From Promethearchaeota archaeon (GTDB lineage Archaea; Asgardarchaeota; Lokiarchaeia; Sigyniarchaeales; SOKP01), in the NCBI GenBank assembly GCA_014730165.1, contig WJIS01000079.1, forward strand, positions 1 through 54,313: DNA of 54,313 bases, given 5' to 3'. Each line of letters starts with the position of its first letter. Within the stretch, counting starts at the first letter, position 1. The notes beneath the pieces were generated by a model. The model searched no databases. It was not told the DNA's origin and was given only the letters and a program-made list of their open reading frames with translations. Below are positions 33,860 through 43,063 of this stretch, piece after piece. The position numbers and the translations under genes are program-made.

Positions 33860-35287
33860 ATCACGGATAAAATTGAATATCTTTGCACTAATTGCAATCA
33901 TAGGATTATAAGTACGAAGATCGAGTACAAATGTCCAAAATGTGATAATTTATTCTTAGTTAACACAGATTTGGACAAATTTAAGACTTTCTATGATAAA
34001 GACCCGAAAATAGAAAAATTTTGGGACTTTGTGGAACTGTTTCCCTTTTTAAATCGAAATTATATTGTTAGTCTCGGAGAGGGTATGAGTCCTTGTAAAC
34101 GATCTAAGAAATTTCATGAAATTTTAGAAATCACGAATTTGTATTTTAAAGATGAAATTCATAATCCTACAAATTCATTTAAAGATAGAACCGCTGCATT
34201 ACTGATTTCTCATTCAAGGAATTTAGGATATGATAAAGTAGTATGTGCTTCAAATGGAAACCAAGGGGCATCAATAGCGGCATATTCCTCTTTAGAGGGA
34301 ATGAAATGTGTTAATTTCGTTCCGAAGAATATTGATATTGGTAAAAAAGCTCAAATGATTGCGAATAATTCTGAAATAATTACGGAAGGTGAAACTGTTG
34401 ACGATTCTATCCAGAAAGTTTTAAGTAAGGATTATATAGAATTTTATCAATGTACTCCAGAATTAAATCCCTTAACAATTGAAGCTCAAAAAACAATTTC
34501 ATTAGAAATTTTTCAGCAGATTGGTCAAATAGATTCTATAATCACTCCGATGGGGAGTGGAGGTTTAATGGTAAGTTTATGGAAAGGATTTAAAGAATTA
34601 TTTGAGATCGGTTTAATCAAAAAGATTCCTAGAATAATAGGTGTTCAATCGCAAATATCTTCGCCAATAGTGAATGAAATAAACAAGAAGATTGTTCATA
34701 ATCAAACTAATTACACCACAAAATCCCATGCTTTAGGCATCCTTGTTAAAAATCCTTTTTATAAAGAACTCTGCAAAGAAATTATCAAAAACACTAATGG
34801 TTTCGCAGTTGCTATATCAGAAGGTGTTATGTTAACGTTTGCTGAGGAACTTGCCAGAATAGAAGGAATTTTTGCTGAACCTGCTTCTGCCTTAACGATT
34901 GCTGCCTTGAGTCAATTAAGAGAAGAAAACAAATTTGAAACGAATGAAAAAATTGTATGTATAATTACTGGATCTGCTATCAAAACACCTTATGTCTTAG
35001 AAGCCTTGTCAAATAGAGCAAAAACTGCTGGAATGGGTAGTCTTTTAAGCAGTAAATTAAAAATTTTATCACAAATTTCGATATCTAAAAAAAAAGGATT
35101 ATATGGGACTAAATTAAAGGAGATGATAGGTTCCATTAGTCTTGCTGCAATTTATCAACATTTAAAAGAATTAGAAGAGAAAAATTTAATTGTAAGAAGA
35201 AAGGAGGGGAAGACAGTACTTTATACTATTACTGATAAAGGAAAAAAGGTTTTAGAAGCTTTAGAAACTTTGATTACTTTATTTTAA
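33860..35287 (+). CDS. thrC: Threonine synthase-like PLP enzyme with N-terminal Zn ribbon and C-terminal winged-helix domain; probable ATC start
   Basis: SLGEG, NPTNSFKDR, ASNGNQG, PMGSGGL, EGIFAEPASA, ITG. The upstream in-frame extension has CTNC...CPKC. C-terminal YQHLKELEEKNLI...YTITDKG. Confidence 0.85.
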   Translation: MTDKIEYLCTNCNHRIISTKIEYKCPKCDNLFLVNTDLDKFKTFYDKDPKIEKFWDFVELFPFLNRNYIVSLGEGMSPCKRSKKFHEILEITNLYFKDEIHNPTNSFKDRTAALLISHSRNLGYDKVVCASNGNQGASIAAYSSLEGMKCVNFVPKNIDIGKKAQMIANNSEIITEGETVDDSIQKVLSKDYIEFYQCTPELNPLTIEAQKTISLEIFQQIGQIDSIITPMGSGGLMVSLWKGFKELFEIGLIKKIPRIIGVQSQISSPIVNEINKKIVHNQTNYTTKSHALGILVKNPFYKELCKEIIKNTNGFAVAISEGVMLTFAEELARIEGIFAEPASALTIAALSQLREENKFETNEKIVCIITGSAIKTPYVLEALSNRAKTAGMGSLLSSKLKILSQISISKKKGLYGTKLKEMIGSISLAAIYQHLKELEEKNLIVRRKEGKTVLYTITDKGKKVLEALETLITLF

Positions 35288-35292
35288 AATTA

Positions 35293-35928
35293 CTAAGTCT
35301 TTTGTACACTTTGTGTATCTTCCAGTTCAATTGTAAGAAATACTTTTTCAAAAACTTGAGGTAAATTCTGATTAATTATATTCCTTGTTCCAGCTATAAA
35401 GATTAATGAAATTAAGCCACTTATACCGAATTGAATGATTCCATTTAATAGTAATTCATATAATGCAGGTCCAAGTCCAAATAATAATATTTCATATAAT
35501 AAATAACCAAATGACATCCATAAGCCTCCAACAACTACACCAATTATATCCCTATAATTTAATTTCTCTCCATATCTCTTTGGATCAGCAATTAATCCTA
35601 TTATCAGGCCTTCTATTGCTTTAATGATAAAGGTTCCAGGAGCAAATAAAGGATACCCTAATAGAATATCTGCTAAACCAGATCCGATTCCTCCGGCAAC
35701 CGAACCGATAACTGGACCAAATAATAAAGCTGTTATCATTACTCCCGCATCTCCGATGTTTATAAATCCTTGCGTTACGGGGATGGGGATAGCGATCACC
35801 ATCGTTAATACACATACTAAAGCGCCAAAAATACCTATTAAGGAAAAAATTAACTCATTAAAAGCTAAGAAATAACCATGAAATTGCTTAGTTTCTTTGG
35901 AATTCTTATTTTCCATTTTAAGCATCAT
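35293..35928 (-). CDS. ECF transporter S component
   Basis: IPIPVTQGFINIGD, GGIGSGLAD..GY..FAPGTFIIK. Confidence 0.9.
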   Translation of the reverse strand: MMLKMENKNSKETKQFHGYFLAFNELIFSLIGIFGALVCVLTMVIAIPIPVTQGFINIGDAGVMITALLFGPVIGSVAGGIGSGLADILLGYPLFAPGTFIIKAIEGLIIGLIADPKRYGEKLNYRDIIGVVVGGLWMSFGYLLYEILLFGLGPALYELLLNGIIQFGISGLISLIFIAGTRNIINQNLPQVFEKVFLTIELEDTQSVQKT

Positions 35929-35957
35929 TAATAATTTTTTTATTAATTCAATTAATG

Positions 35958-35993
35958 TAAGTTTGATCTTATATATAAGTTTGATCTTATATA
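35958..35993. repeat. Perfect 2 x 18 bp tandem repeat (TAAGTTTGATCTTATATA) in the promoter region of the ECF S gene
   Basis: Identical copies at 35958-35975 and 35976-35993. Confidence 0.9.
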
Positions 35994-36061
35994 TGCAAAA
36001 ATATGATATCTATTCGATAGATCATAAATTAGATAAAATAATATAAAAAAGATTATAGAAT

Positions 36062-36715
36062 TTATTTTTGTTTTTCTAGATATTCTGGTTTAATTTTAGT
36101 AACACGCTTAACGATTTTTGCTTGAAGTTCTAATGTGATTTTGGTTTTTGATTCAGAAGGAATCGAAATCTTGAATTTATAAGTTGGTTCTTCGATTTCA
36201 GTGGGTTGAGGAGTAGATTTAATGTAGGTAATATCTTTCGTTTGTTTAAAGTTAATTTCAATATCAATTGGTTCTTCTAATTTATTTTCAATATTAATAA
36301 GTCTTGAAATTCTGTCATATCTTGTTCGCACTTCTATGTGTTCTTTTGGACTCTTAGCATCCTCAAAGCTGATTTTCGGGTCACCCTCCTTTACATGAAC
36401 GATATCATCGTCTACTAAGATATCATCATCAATCATATCTTCAGAGATTATTTTAGAACCAACACATTCAGAAATATTAAGAAATAGAAAAGGTAAATTA
36501 TTCTTATATAGAACCATCGGAGAGTTTGGAGGGATTTCCACCGGTTCTCCAGCTTTTAATAAGATATATTTTACGATTGCGTATTGATTTATTTTATTAG
36601 AAAACACGGAATTTGAGGTGTATTGAATATCTATCTTTCTTTCAATAGTGAGCTTACTTTTAGATTTAAACCACTCTAATTTTACTTTTTTCCTGGTTGG
36701 AATTGATGCTTTCAT
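36062..36715 (-). CDS. Hypothetical protein resembling the C-terminal part of DUF4139 proteins
   Basis: Beta-rich; ends INIENKLEEPIDIEI...FKISIPSESKTKITL; GAGGT SD; follows the next gene by 11 bp. Confidence 0.6.
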   Translation of the reverse strand: MKASIPTRKKVKLEWFKSKSKLTIERKIDIQYTSNSVFSNKINQYAIVKYILLKAGEPVEIPPNSPMVLYKNNLPFLFLNISECVGSKIISEDMIDDDILVDDDIVHVKEGDPKISFEDAKSPKEHIEVRTRYDRISRLINIENKLEEPIDIEINFKQTKDITYIKSTPQPTEIEEPTYKFKISIPSESKTKITLELQAKIVKRVTKIKPEYLEKQK

Positions 36716-36726
36716 TTTTTTACCTC

Positions 36727-37494
36727 CTATAATAATTTCTTAAATCGCTGAGTTCTTTTTAGCTTCGCAGGTTGAACATTTTGAAACCTATTCAATTCCC
36801 CAAGCATCTCATTCCTAAGATTTGGGGCTTGAGCGACAGACTCTTGGGGCGGAACAACATTACTTATATGATCATGCTCAAATCCCTTAGAGGGAAGCTG
36901 AAAAATGGCAAAATTCAACTGCACATTATCGTAAGAAAACCCTGTTTGATTATTCACTATAAGAAATCCTTCTAATTCCGCTTCTTTTCCACTATCATCA
37001 ATATTAACTTGAAGTGTTGTATTCCATCTAATTCTGGTATCTTTTATGAAATATAAGATCTTTACTTTAACTTCTCCTTCATCTTTTGCATTTATGATAA
37101 AGTTAAAAGTTCCTTTCATATCAGAGTATGTTCTATACTTACTTGCTTCACATAATCTTGTGATTCTTTCTCGCATTTCACGTGTGAAATCAATTGAATA
37201 GGAGATTATATTACTTGCAGCAGATTTTTCGCGATCGATTATTTGATTTGATGTTTGGGTATCGGGCAAACTAACCGTAGTTTGTTGCAACGTAAACTTC
37301 TGTTGATCTTCTGGTTGAAGATATTCTAATAGAATGTCTGCGGAATTAGGATCGAAGCTTGCGGGTACATTTTGAATCTCAAATTGATTTGATCCTTGTT
37401 GCAGAGAAACCTTTATTTCTCGTTCTACTATTCCCCCCCCAGCATTAAAAATTACTAATCTAACTACTTTTGGGTCAATTAACATGGAGTTCAC
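36727..37494 (-). CDS. Hypothetical protein resembling DUF4140/DUF4139 N-terminal part
   Basis: VIFNAGGGIVERE..VSLQQGSN...VPASFDPNS and LY...IRW.....LEGFLIVNNQTGFSYDNVQL patterns. Confidence 0.7.
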   Translation of the reverse strand: MNSMLIDPKVVRLVIFNAGGGIVEREIKVSLQQGSNQFEIQNVPASFDPNSADILLEYLQPEDQQKFTLQQTTVSLPDTQTSNQIIDREKSAASNIISYSIDFTREMRERITRLCEASKYRTYSDMKGTFNFIINAKDEGEVKVKILYFIKDTRIRWNTTLQVNIDDSGKEAELEGFLIVNNQTGFSYDNVQLNFAIFQLPSKGFEHDHISNVVPPQESVAQAPNLRNEMLGELNRFQNVQPAKLKRTQRFKKLL

Positions 37495-37603
37495 AATTAT
37501 TTATTTCAAATTTAACTATAAAATGAATAGCATTTATCATATATATTCCTTAATTTAAAATCTAAAATTTAAGCAAAATCCATTTTGAAATGAGAGTTCA
37601 CAC

Positions 37604-38383
37604 TTATTTTTGACATTTCGGGCAATAATATCCATGACGGCTCGAAATTTTTAATTTTTCAATTTGAGAATTACATATTGGACATTTATCCTCCTTACTT
37701 CTATGAGGGACAATATAATTCTTAGGATATCCTTCTAATTCTTTTTTATAACTTATTACATCTCGGAGCACATCTTTCATAATCTTAAAAAGCTTAGAGA
37801 TTTCGCTATCCTCCAAATCAGAGATTTTTCTTTTAGGATATATATGTGCTTGGAATAAGATCTCATCGGAATATAAATTACCAATACCACTCACGGCGGA
37901 TTGATCCATTAAAGCAGTTTTGGCATAGGAACGTCTCTTCCGATTCATTATTTTTTTGAAATCCTCAAAAGAAACCTTTAAGGCATCTGGACCTAAATCT
38001 ATTTCTTTAATATAGGAACTAAGATCCTCAATAATTTGTACTTTTCCAAATTTTCTTATTGAGATATATGAGAGAAAACCATCTGAGAGAAATTTGAAAA
38101 TAACCTTACTATATTCAGGTTCCTCATCTTTTTCAGTAAAATATTCTATAGATCCTGACATTCCGAAATGAAATAATAAGTGGTTAGAGTTTATTTTTAA
38201 AAACAGATACTTACCATGTCGTATCGTAGAATCAATTTTTCTATTAATCAATGCATCTTTAAACTTTTTTTTGGGATTTTTTAATACATAGTCATCTCTA
38301 TAATATATATCACCGATCTCTTTGTTTATTGATGTTTCATTGATAATACTTCTAAATTTCTCAACTTCCGGTAACTCGGGCAT
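37604..38383 (-). CDS. mutM: Formamidopyrimidine-DNA glycosylase (Fpg/Nei family)
   Basis: MPELPEV, RHGKYL, HFGMSG, RKFG, LGPD, DQSAVSGIGNLYSDE, CPIC...CPKCQ. Confidence 0.95.
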   Translation of the reverse strand: MPELPEVEKFRSIINETSINKEIGDIYYRDDYVLKNPKKKFKDALINRKIDSTIRHGKYLFLKINSNHLLFHFGMSGSIEYFTEKDEEPEYSKVIFKFLSDGFLSYISIRKFGKVQIIEDLSSYIKEIDLGPDALKVSFEDFKKIMNRKRRSYAKTALMDQSAVSGIGNLYSDEILFQAHIYPKRKISDLEDSEISKLFKIMKDVLRDVISYKKELEGYPKNYIVPHRSKEDKCPICNSQIEKLKISSRHGYYCPKCQK

Positions 38384-38645
38384 TTAGTTTCTTCCTCAAT
38401 AACCTATATTATTTTGAAATAATAAACCATATCATTATAGAATTTAAATATTTTTTTAATTCAATTTAGATATTAAGAAATTTTGCTAATTATGTTTAAG
38501 AGAACTTTTTTATTCAAATAAATAAAAAACTGATTCAAAGTCTTCAAGAGACCAAATAGAATTATTTTGAAGTTAAATTTAAATAACCTTACACGAAAAT
38601 AATGGTATACCACTTATTCTAAAATAAAGATTGTAGGTAAAATAA

Positions 38646-38945
38646 TTGGTTCAAGAAGAGGATTTAAACGCAGATGTAATTTATTTTCTAGGCGAGAAAT
38701 TAGGAACTAAATTGAATATTTCTCCACCCGCCGCCAGAGGCTTGCTAAAATTGGCGATGAAAGATGAATTAGGTCCGTTTAAACTTATTGAAGAAATAAA
38801 ATATGAGGATTATAAGCAAATAATTTTAAATTCCTTAAGTAAACGATTGAAAGAATTAGAAATAGATAATTATGAGGAAATAATTCAATATTTAAATGTT
38901 GTTTTAACAAAGAGTCAATCCCTAATAACCCTAGGGAGGATTTAA
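38646..38945 (+). CDS. Small helical hypothetical protein
   Basis: 99 aa soluble ORF (ISPPAARGLLKLAMKDELG), co-oriented with the downstream membrane protein. Confidence 0.75.
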   Translation: MVQEEDLNADVIYFLGEKLGTKLNISPPAARGLLKLAMKDELGPFKLIEEIKYEDYKQIILNSLSKRLKELEIDNYEEIIQYLNVVLTKSQSLITLGRI

Positions 38946-39001
38946 TATAAATCTTATAATAATGATATTTATACGCAATAAAAAGATAGTACACAAATGA
39001 G

Positions 39002-39796
39002 TTGATTAAAATAGAAGATTTACTGGGTATTTTTGCTGTTAGTATATTACTAGTATTCATTGGAACTCTATTTTTCTTAGGAATATATTTAATTATAAGA
39101 GCTTATCAGACAAGCGAGTATAAGATATTGTTCGTTTCATGTGCTTCTTTTTCCATTGCAATTGGATTTATAGGAAGTAATGTTCTAAGTTTAGGAAGGA
39201 CATTTGAAGAAGTATTTGTTGTCGCAGGATTTATTTCATTATCCATGTTTACATTTTTTACGTTTCATAGATCAAGAAAAAGGACTTTCTTAGTATTGCT
39301 TTCAATTATTATCTTAGGAATTTTACTATTTATTACAAAATCTCTGTTTGTTATATTTCCTATAATTAGTATTGGGTACTTTTACAAAATTTTGGATACA
39401 GCCTTCACCTTTTTAGTTTTCTTCTGGTTGGGATTTTCATCATACAAAATATATAGAAGTATAAAGGAATATAATGTCCAACACTGGATTAAATTTAGAT
39501 ATAAAGTTATATCATTTACATCCTTCATAACAAGTTTCCAAACTATCCCTGAACTTTTTCTTGAACCCAGTATAACTTATACTGATACTGAAAATATAAT
39601 CGTTTCAGTTGTTTTCATGATCACCTTATTTATTACAATAATCTTTTCAAGTGGATTTTTACTAGCTTGGTTTATCCCAGATTCTTTAAAAAAATATTTA
39701 AATAGAGATTATCAAGTAAGTGAGAGTTTAGATATGCCAGAGGAAGAATTATACAATCTAATTAGAAGAGAAAGAAACCATCCAAAAAAATCGTAG
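39002..39796 (+). CDS. Integral membrane protein with about 7 TM helices
   Basis: Seven hydrophobic stretches counted by eye; ends AWFIPDSLKKYLN plus a short charged tail. Confidence 0.75.
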   Translation: MIKIEDLLGIFAVSILLVFIGTLFFLGIYLIIRAYQTSEYKILFVSCASFSIAIGFIGSNVLSLGRTFEEVFVVAGFISLSMFTFFTFHRSRKRTFLVLLSIIILGILLFITKSLFVIFPIISIGYFYKILDTAFTFLVFFWLGFSSYKIYRSIKEYNVQHWIKFRYKVISFTSFITSFQTIPELFLEPSITYTDTENIIVSVVFMITLFITIIFSSGFLLAWFIPDSLKKYLNRDYQVSESLDMPEEELYNLIRRERNHPKKS

Positions 39797-39874
39797 ATAT
39801 CTATACTCAACTTAGAAGATAATAAATCAATTTTGATTATATATATTAATTAAAATCAATAAAACATTAAATTA

Positions 39875-41413
39875 TTGATATTAAGAATGCAAGATGAAGA
39901 TATGGTTAATCTGGATTTTTTTGAGAAATTATTTGAAAATTATCCAGATTTAGTCTTTATTATTAATGCAGAAGGAAAATTTATCAAAACCAGTAAGGGT
40001 GTTATGAAGTATGGAGTTAATAATATTGATGATTTAATTGGAAAAAACATTTTTGATTTTCTAAAAGACGAAAAAAAGATATTAGTACAGCAACAACTGA
40101 AATATGTATTATCTAATCATTTCACCAAGATAGAACGCATAGAATTTGAAACTCTCAACGGAAATCAATATTTTGGAGAGATAACTGCCTCCCTCATTGG
40201 AAATGAAAGTGAAAACTCAGTTCTAATCTTAGTCGTAATAAGGGATATTACGAAACATGTACATCTTGAACGAGAACTCAAGGAAAACAAAAAAATGTTC
40301 CAATTGGTAATTGATAATATTCCTCAATATATTTTTTGGAAAGATATTGATTCTGTGTATTTAGGTTGTAATGAGAATTTTGCTCGAGTTGCGGGAGTAG
40401 AAAAGCCGGAACATATCATCGGTAAAACGGATTATGATTTAGCGTGGAAAAAATCTGAAGCAGAATCTTTTTATGAGATTGATAGAGTAGTAATGGAATT
40501 AAATAAACCAGAATTTGACGTTATAGAACCTCAATTACAAGCAGATGGTAAAGAAGCATGGTTAAAAACAAATCGTATCCCTCTCCATGATTCTAAAGGC
40601 GAAGTTATCGGGCTCTTGGGAACTTATGAAGATATTACTAAACAACTTGAATCTAGGTTAGCTTTGAAAGAATCCGAAAAAAAATATAAAACTGCGTTCA
40701 ATAGAGCGGAATTTTATAAAGATATATTTACCCATGATATAGGTAATATCTTACAAAGTATTTACTCCTCGGTTGAGATTTGTCGGATTTGTAAGGATGA
40801 CCCCGAAAAGATAAATGAATTAGATATTTTGCTGAAAACTATCGAAAATGAAACAAATAGAGCAGCGAGATTAATAAATAACATTAAAAAGCTTTCAAAA
40901 ATCGATTCCGAGGAGAAATTGCTAAAGTCGATTGAAATCCATCAGGTAATCAGAAATGTGGTACATGAACTTAGAATAAAATATTTACATAAAAAGATTA
41001 TCATAATAGAGGAATTTATTGAAAAATTAAACCCAGTTATTAATGCGAATGAATATTTTGAAGATGCAATTTACAATATCATGTTAAATTCTATAAAACA
41101 TAATGAAAGTAAAGTTATTAAAATAAAGATAAGAACCTCTTTACTCACCTTTCATAATCATTATAAGGTAAAAATTGAATTTATTGATAATGGAATTGGT
41201 ATGTTAGATGCTCAAAAGGAAGTATTATTAGAAAGTCGAAATTATAAAGATAAAAGTATTTTCAAAAGGACAGGAATAGGTCTATTATTAGTCAAGAAAA
41301 TAATTAATTACTTTGATGGGGAAATATCGATTAAAAACAGAATAATTAGTGATCATTCAAAGGGTACAAATTTTACTCTCATAATTCCTTTTAAACTCAA
41401 TAAGGATTATTAA
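39875..41413 (+). CDS. PAS-PAS sensor histidine kinase
   Basis: Two PAS/PAC units (IFWKD...YLGCN...IIGKTDYD; [16 protein letters not shown]...DIT), H-box FTHDIGN, N-box NSIKHN, DNGIG, TGIGL. Confidence 0.92.
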   Translation: MILRMQDEDMVNLDFFEKLFENYPDLVFIINAEGKFIKTSKGVMKYGVNNIDDLIGKNIFDFLKDEKKILVQQQLKYVLSNHFTKIERIEFETLNGNQYFGEITASLIGNESENSVLILVVIRDITKHVHLERELKENKKMFQLVIDNIPQYIFWKDIDSVYLGCNENFARVAGVEKPEHIIGKTDYDLAWKKSEAESFYEIDRVVMELNKPEFDVIEPQLQADGKEAWLKTNRIPLHDSKGEVIGLLGTYEDITKQLESRLALKESEKKYKTAFNRAEFYKDIFTHDIGNILQSIYSSVEICRICKDDPEKINELDILLKTIENETNRAARLINNIKKLSKIDSEEKLLKSIEIHQVIRNVVHELRIKYLHKKIIIIEEFIEKLNPVINANEYFEDAIYNIMLNSIKHNESKVIKIKIRTSLLTFHNHYKVKIEFIDNGIGMLDAQKEVLLESRNYKDKSIFKRTGIGLLLVKKIINYFDGEISIKNRIISDHSKGTNFTLIIPFKLNKDY

Positions 41414-41464
41414 ATTTTGAAAAATATAGAAAAAATAAAAAAAAAATTCAATTCATAGGATGCC

Positions 41465-42418
41465 CTATAGATTACTGTATGTAATGAATTTCTGTTCTGA
41501 ACCAATCGAATAGATTTCAAACGATTTCCCCTTCTTTGTTTCGCAGAAAAATTGTATCATTGGAAACAAATGGATTTTTGTGATAATATTTGTATCATCG
41601 TCTTTTTCATAATTCTTATAATCCTTTCCAGCGTTTTTAATTGTTTTCTTAATATCTTTATTATAATATCCTAATGAAGCTTCAGCTTTTTTATCCAGAG
41701 TTTTAAAATCATCAAATTTTATCCCTTCTACTTCATCAATAAGTTTATGTAAATCCTCTTCCATCTCTTTTTCGTATTTGGTTTTTGCGCTGCTATGAAG
41801 TACTGGCATTCCGGTTACCACTCTCTTGAAGGGAACGGGTAATATCTGATATTTATAAAAGTTTTTTTGACCATCACATTCTTTACATCTTTCTCTTACT
41901 TTTCCCGTTCCATAACAATTACCACATGGATATTCAAATACTTTTTTCTGCTTATCTTGCTCTTCTCCTTCTAAAACGATAAGTTTGTCTTGTTGTTTCC
42001 CCGAGCCGCCACAAGAGCCACATTTCTCTTCTGAGTATCCCTTTCCACTACATCTCGAACACGCTTCAGCCTTAAGTGTATTATACATTGGGACCACATC
42101 ATCTTCATCCCAATTATCTTTGTCAACATCCCCCTTGAAAGCAAAGAATGTTTCTTTTGCAACTTTATCTGCCCTAACTAATTCCTCATCACCTTTAGCT
42201 TTTGCTGGTTCAATAACTTTTTTAATAGCAAAATAAATTGCGGCTTCTTTCTTTGTCTCTTTAACCGTTTCAGCAGCAGAGATAGCGTCTGGGGAGAAGA
42301 CAGCACCTTTAGTCCCAAATTGTTTCTCCATTGTTTTTTTATCTTTTCTTACAGCCTTTTGCTTCCATTTGTCAAATACATCGTCTAAATTCGGACTTTT
42401 AATTCTTACATCTGCCAT
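41465..42418 (-). CDS. DnaJ-type zinc-finger protein without J-domain (SSUH2-like architecture)
   Basis: Four CxxCxGxG-type repeats (CSRCSGKG, CGSCGGSG, CGNCYGTG, CKECDGQK); no HPD motif. Confidence 0.78.
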   Translation of the reverse strand: MADVRIKSPNLDDVFDKWKQKAVRKDKKTMEKQFGTKGAVFSPDAISAAETVKETKKEAAIYFAIKKVIEPAKAKGDEELVRADKVAKETFFAFKGDVDKDNWDEDDVVPMYNTLKAEACSRCSGKGYSEEKCGSCGGSGKQQDKLIVLEGEEQDKQKKVFEYPCGNCYGTGKVRERCKECDGQKNFYKYQILPVPFKRVVTGMPVLHSSAKTKYEKEMEEDLHKLIDEVEGIKFDDFKTLDKKAEASLGYYNKDIKKTIKNAGKDYKNYEKDDDTNIITKIHLFPMIQFFCETKKGKSFEIYSIGSEQKFITYSNL

Positions 42419-42670
42419 TTTTTCATTAACTCCAATTTTTTATACAAATCTGTCATTATTTTGATTGAATATCAACTATTTATGCAATATAAACCTATAA
42501 AATACTTTAAAAATGTTTTCAAAAAATAAATAGTTTTAAGTAGGTTAACTTTATTTTTTATATAAAAGAATTTTTAATTAATTAACCAGACTAATCTATT
42601 AGGTTTATTTAATTAAGATTTATCACTAATAAAATAATTATACTCTTATCGTATATATCGGTTATTAGAA

Positions 42671-42832
42671 ATGTCAGCAGAAGAAAAGCAGTCAGTAGAA
42701 TATTTTTTGCAATGGATTGAGAATGGAGGCGTATCGGACTGGATCGAGCATTTTCTAAATCAGGGAAATGAGGAAAAGCTCAGAGAAGTTAAACAAGTAT
42801 ATGATAAAATAAAACAAATCTTTGGATTTTAG
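42671..42832 (+). CDS. 53-aa small protein absent from the ORF track
   Basis: ATG 42671 to TAG 42832: MSAEEKQSVEYFLQWIENGGVSDWIEHFLNQGNEEKLREVKQVYDKIKQIFGF. Higher GC than its flanks; hairpin + T-tract downstream. Confidence 0.7.
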   Translation: MSAEEKQSVEYFLQWIENGGVSDWIEHFLNQGNEEKLREVKQVYDKIKQIFGF

Positions 42833-42880
42833 AGTTTTGTTTATTCTTATCGAATCTTACCGTGATTTGACTCGATGTTC

Positions 42881-42914
42881 TAACCAAATCTCATCTTTTG
42901 GTTAAATTTTTTTT
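42881..42914 (+). terminator. Hairpin followed by T-tract downstream of the small ORF
   Basis: TAACCAAA (42881-88) / TTTGGTTA (42897-904) stem followed by a T8 run. Confidence 0.45.
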
Positions 42915-43063
42915 GTTCAATATTTATCAATAATACTATTTAGGAAATATCTCTATTTTTTTATAGATTGTAGTATAGAGGCTTTAAGATATATTGAAAA
43001 ATTCTATAATTGATGCTTACTTATCTAAATTAAAAATTTTTTTGCCAAGAATACATTTTTGGA

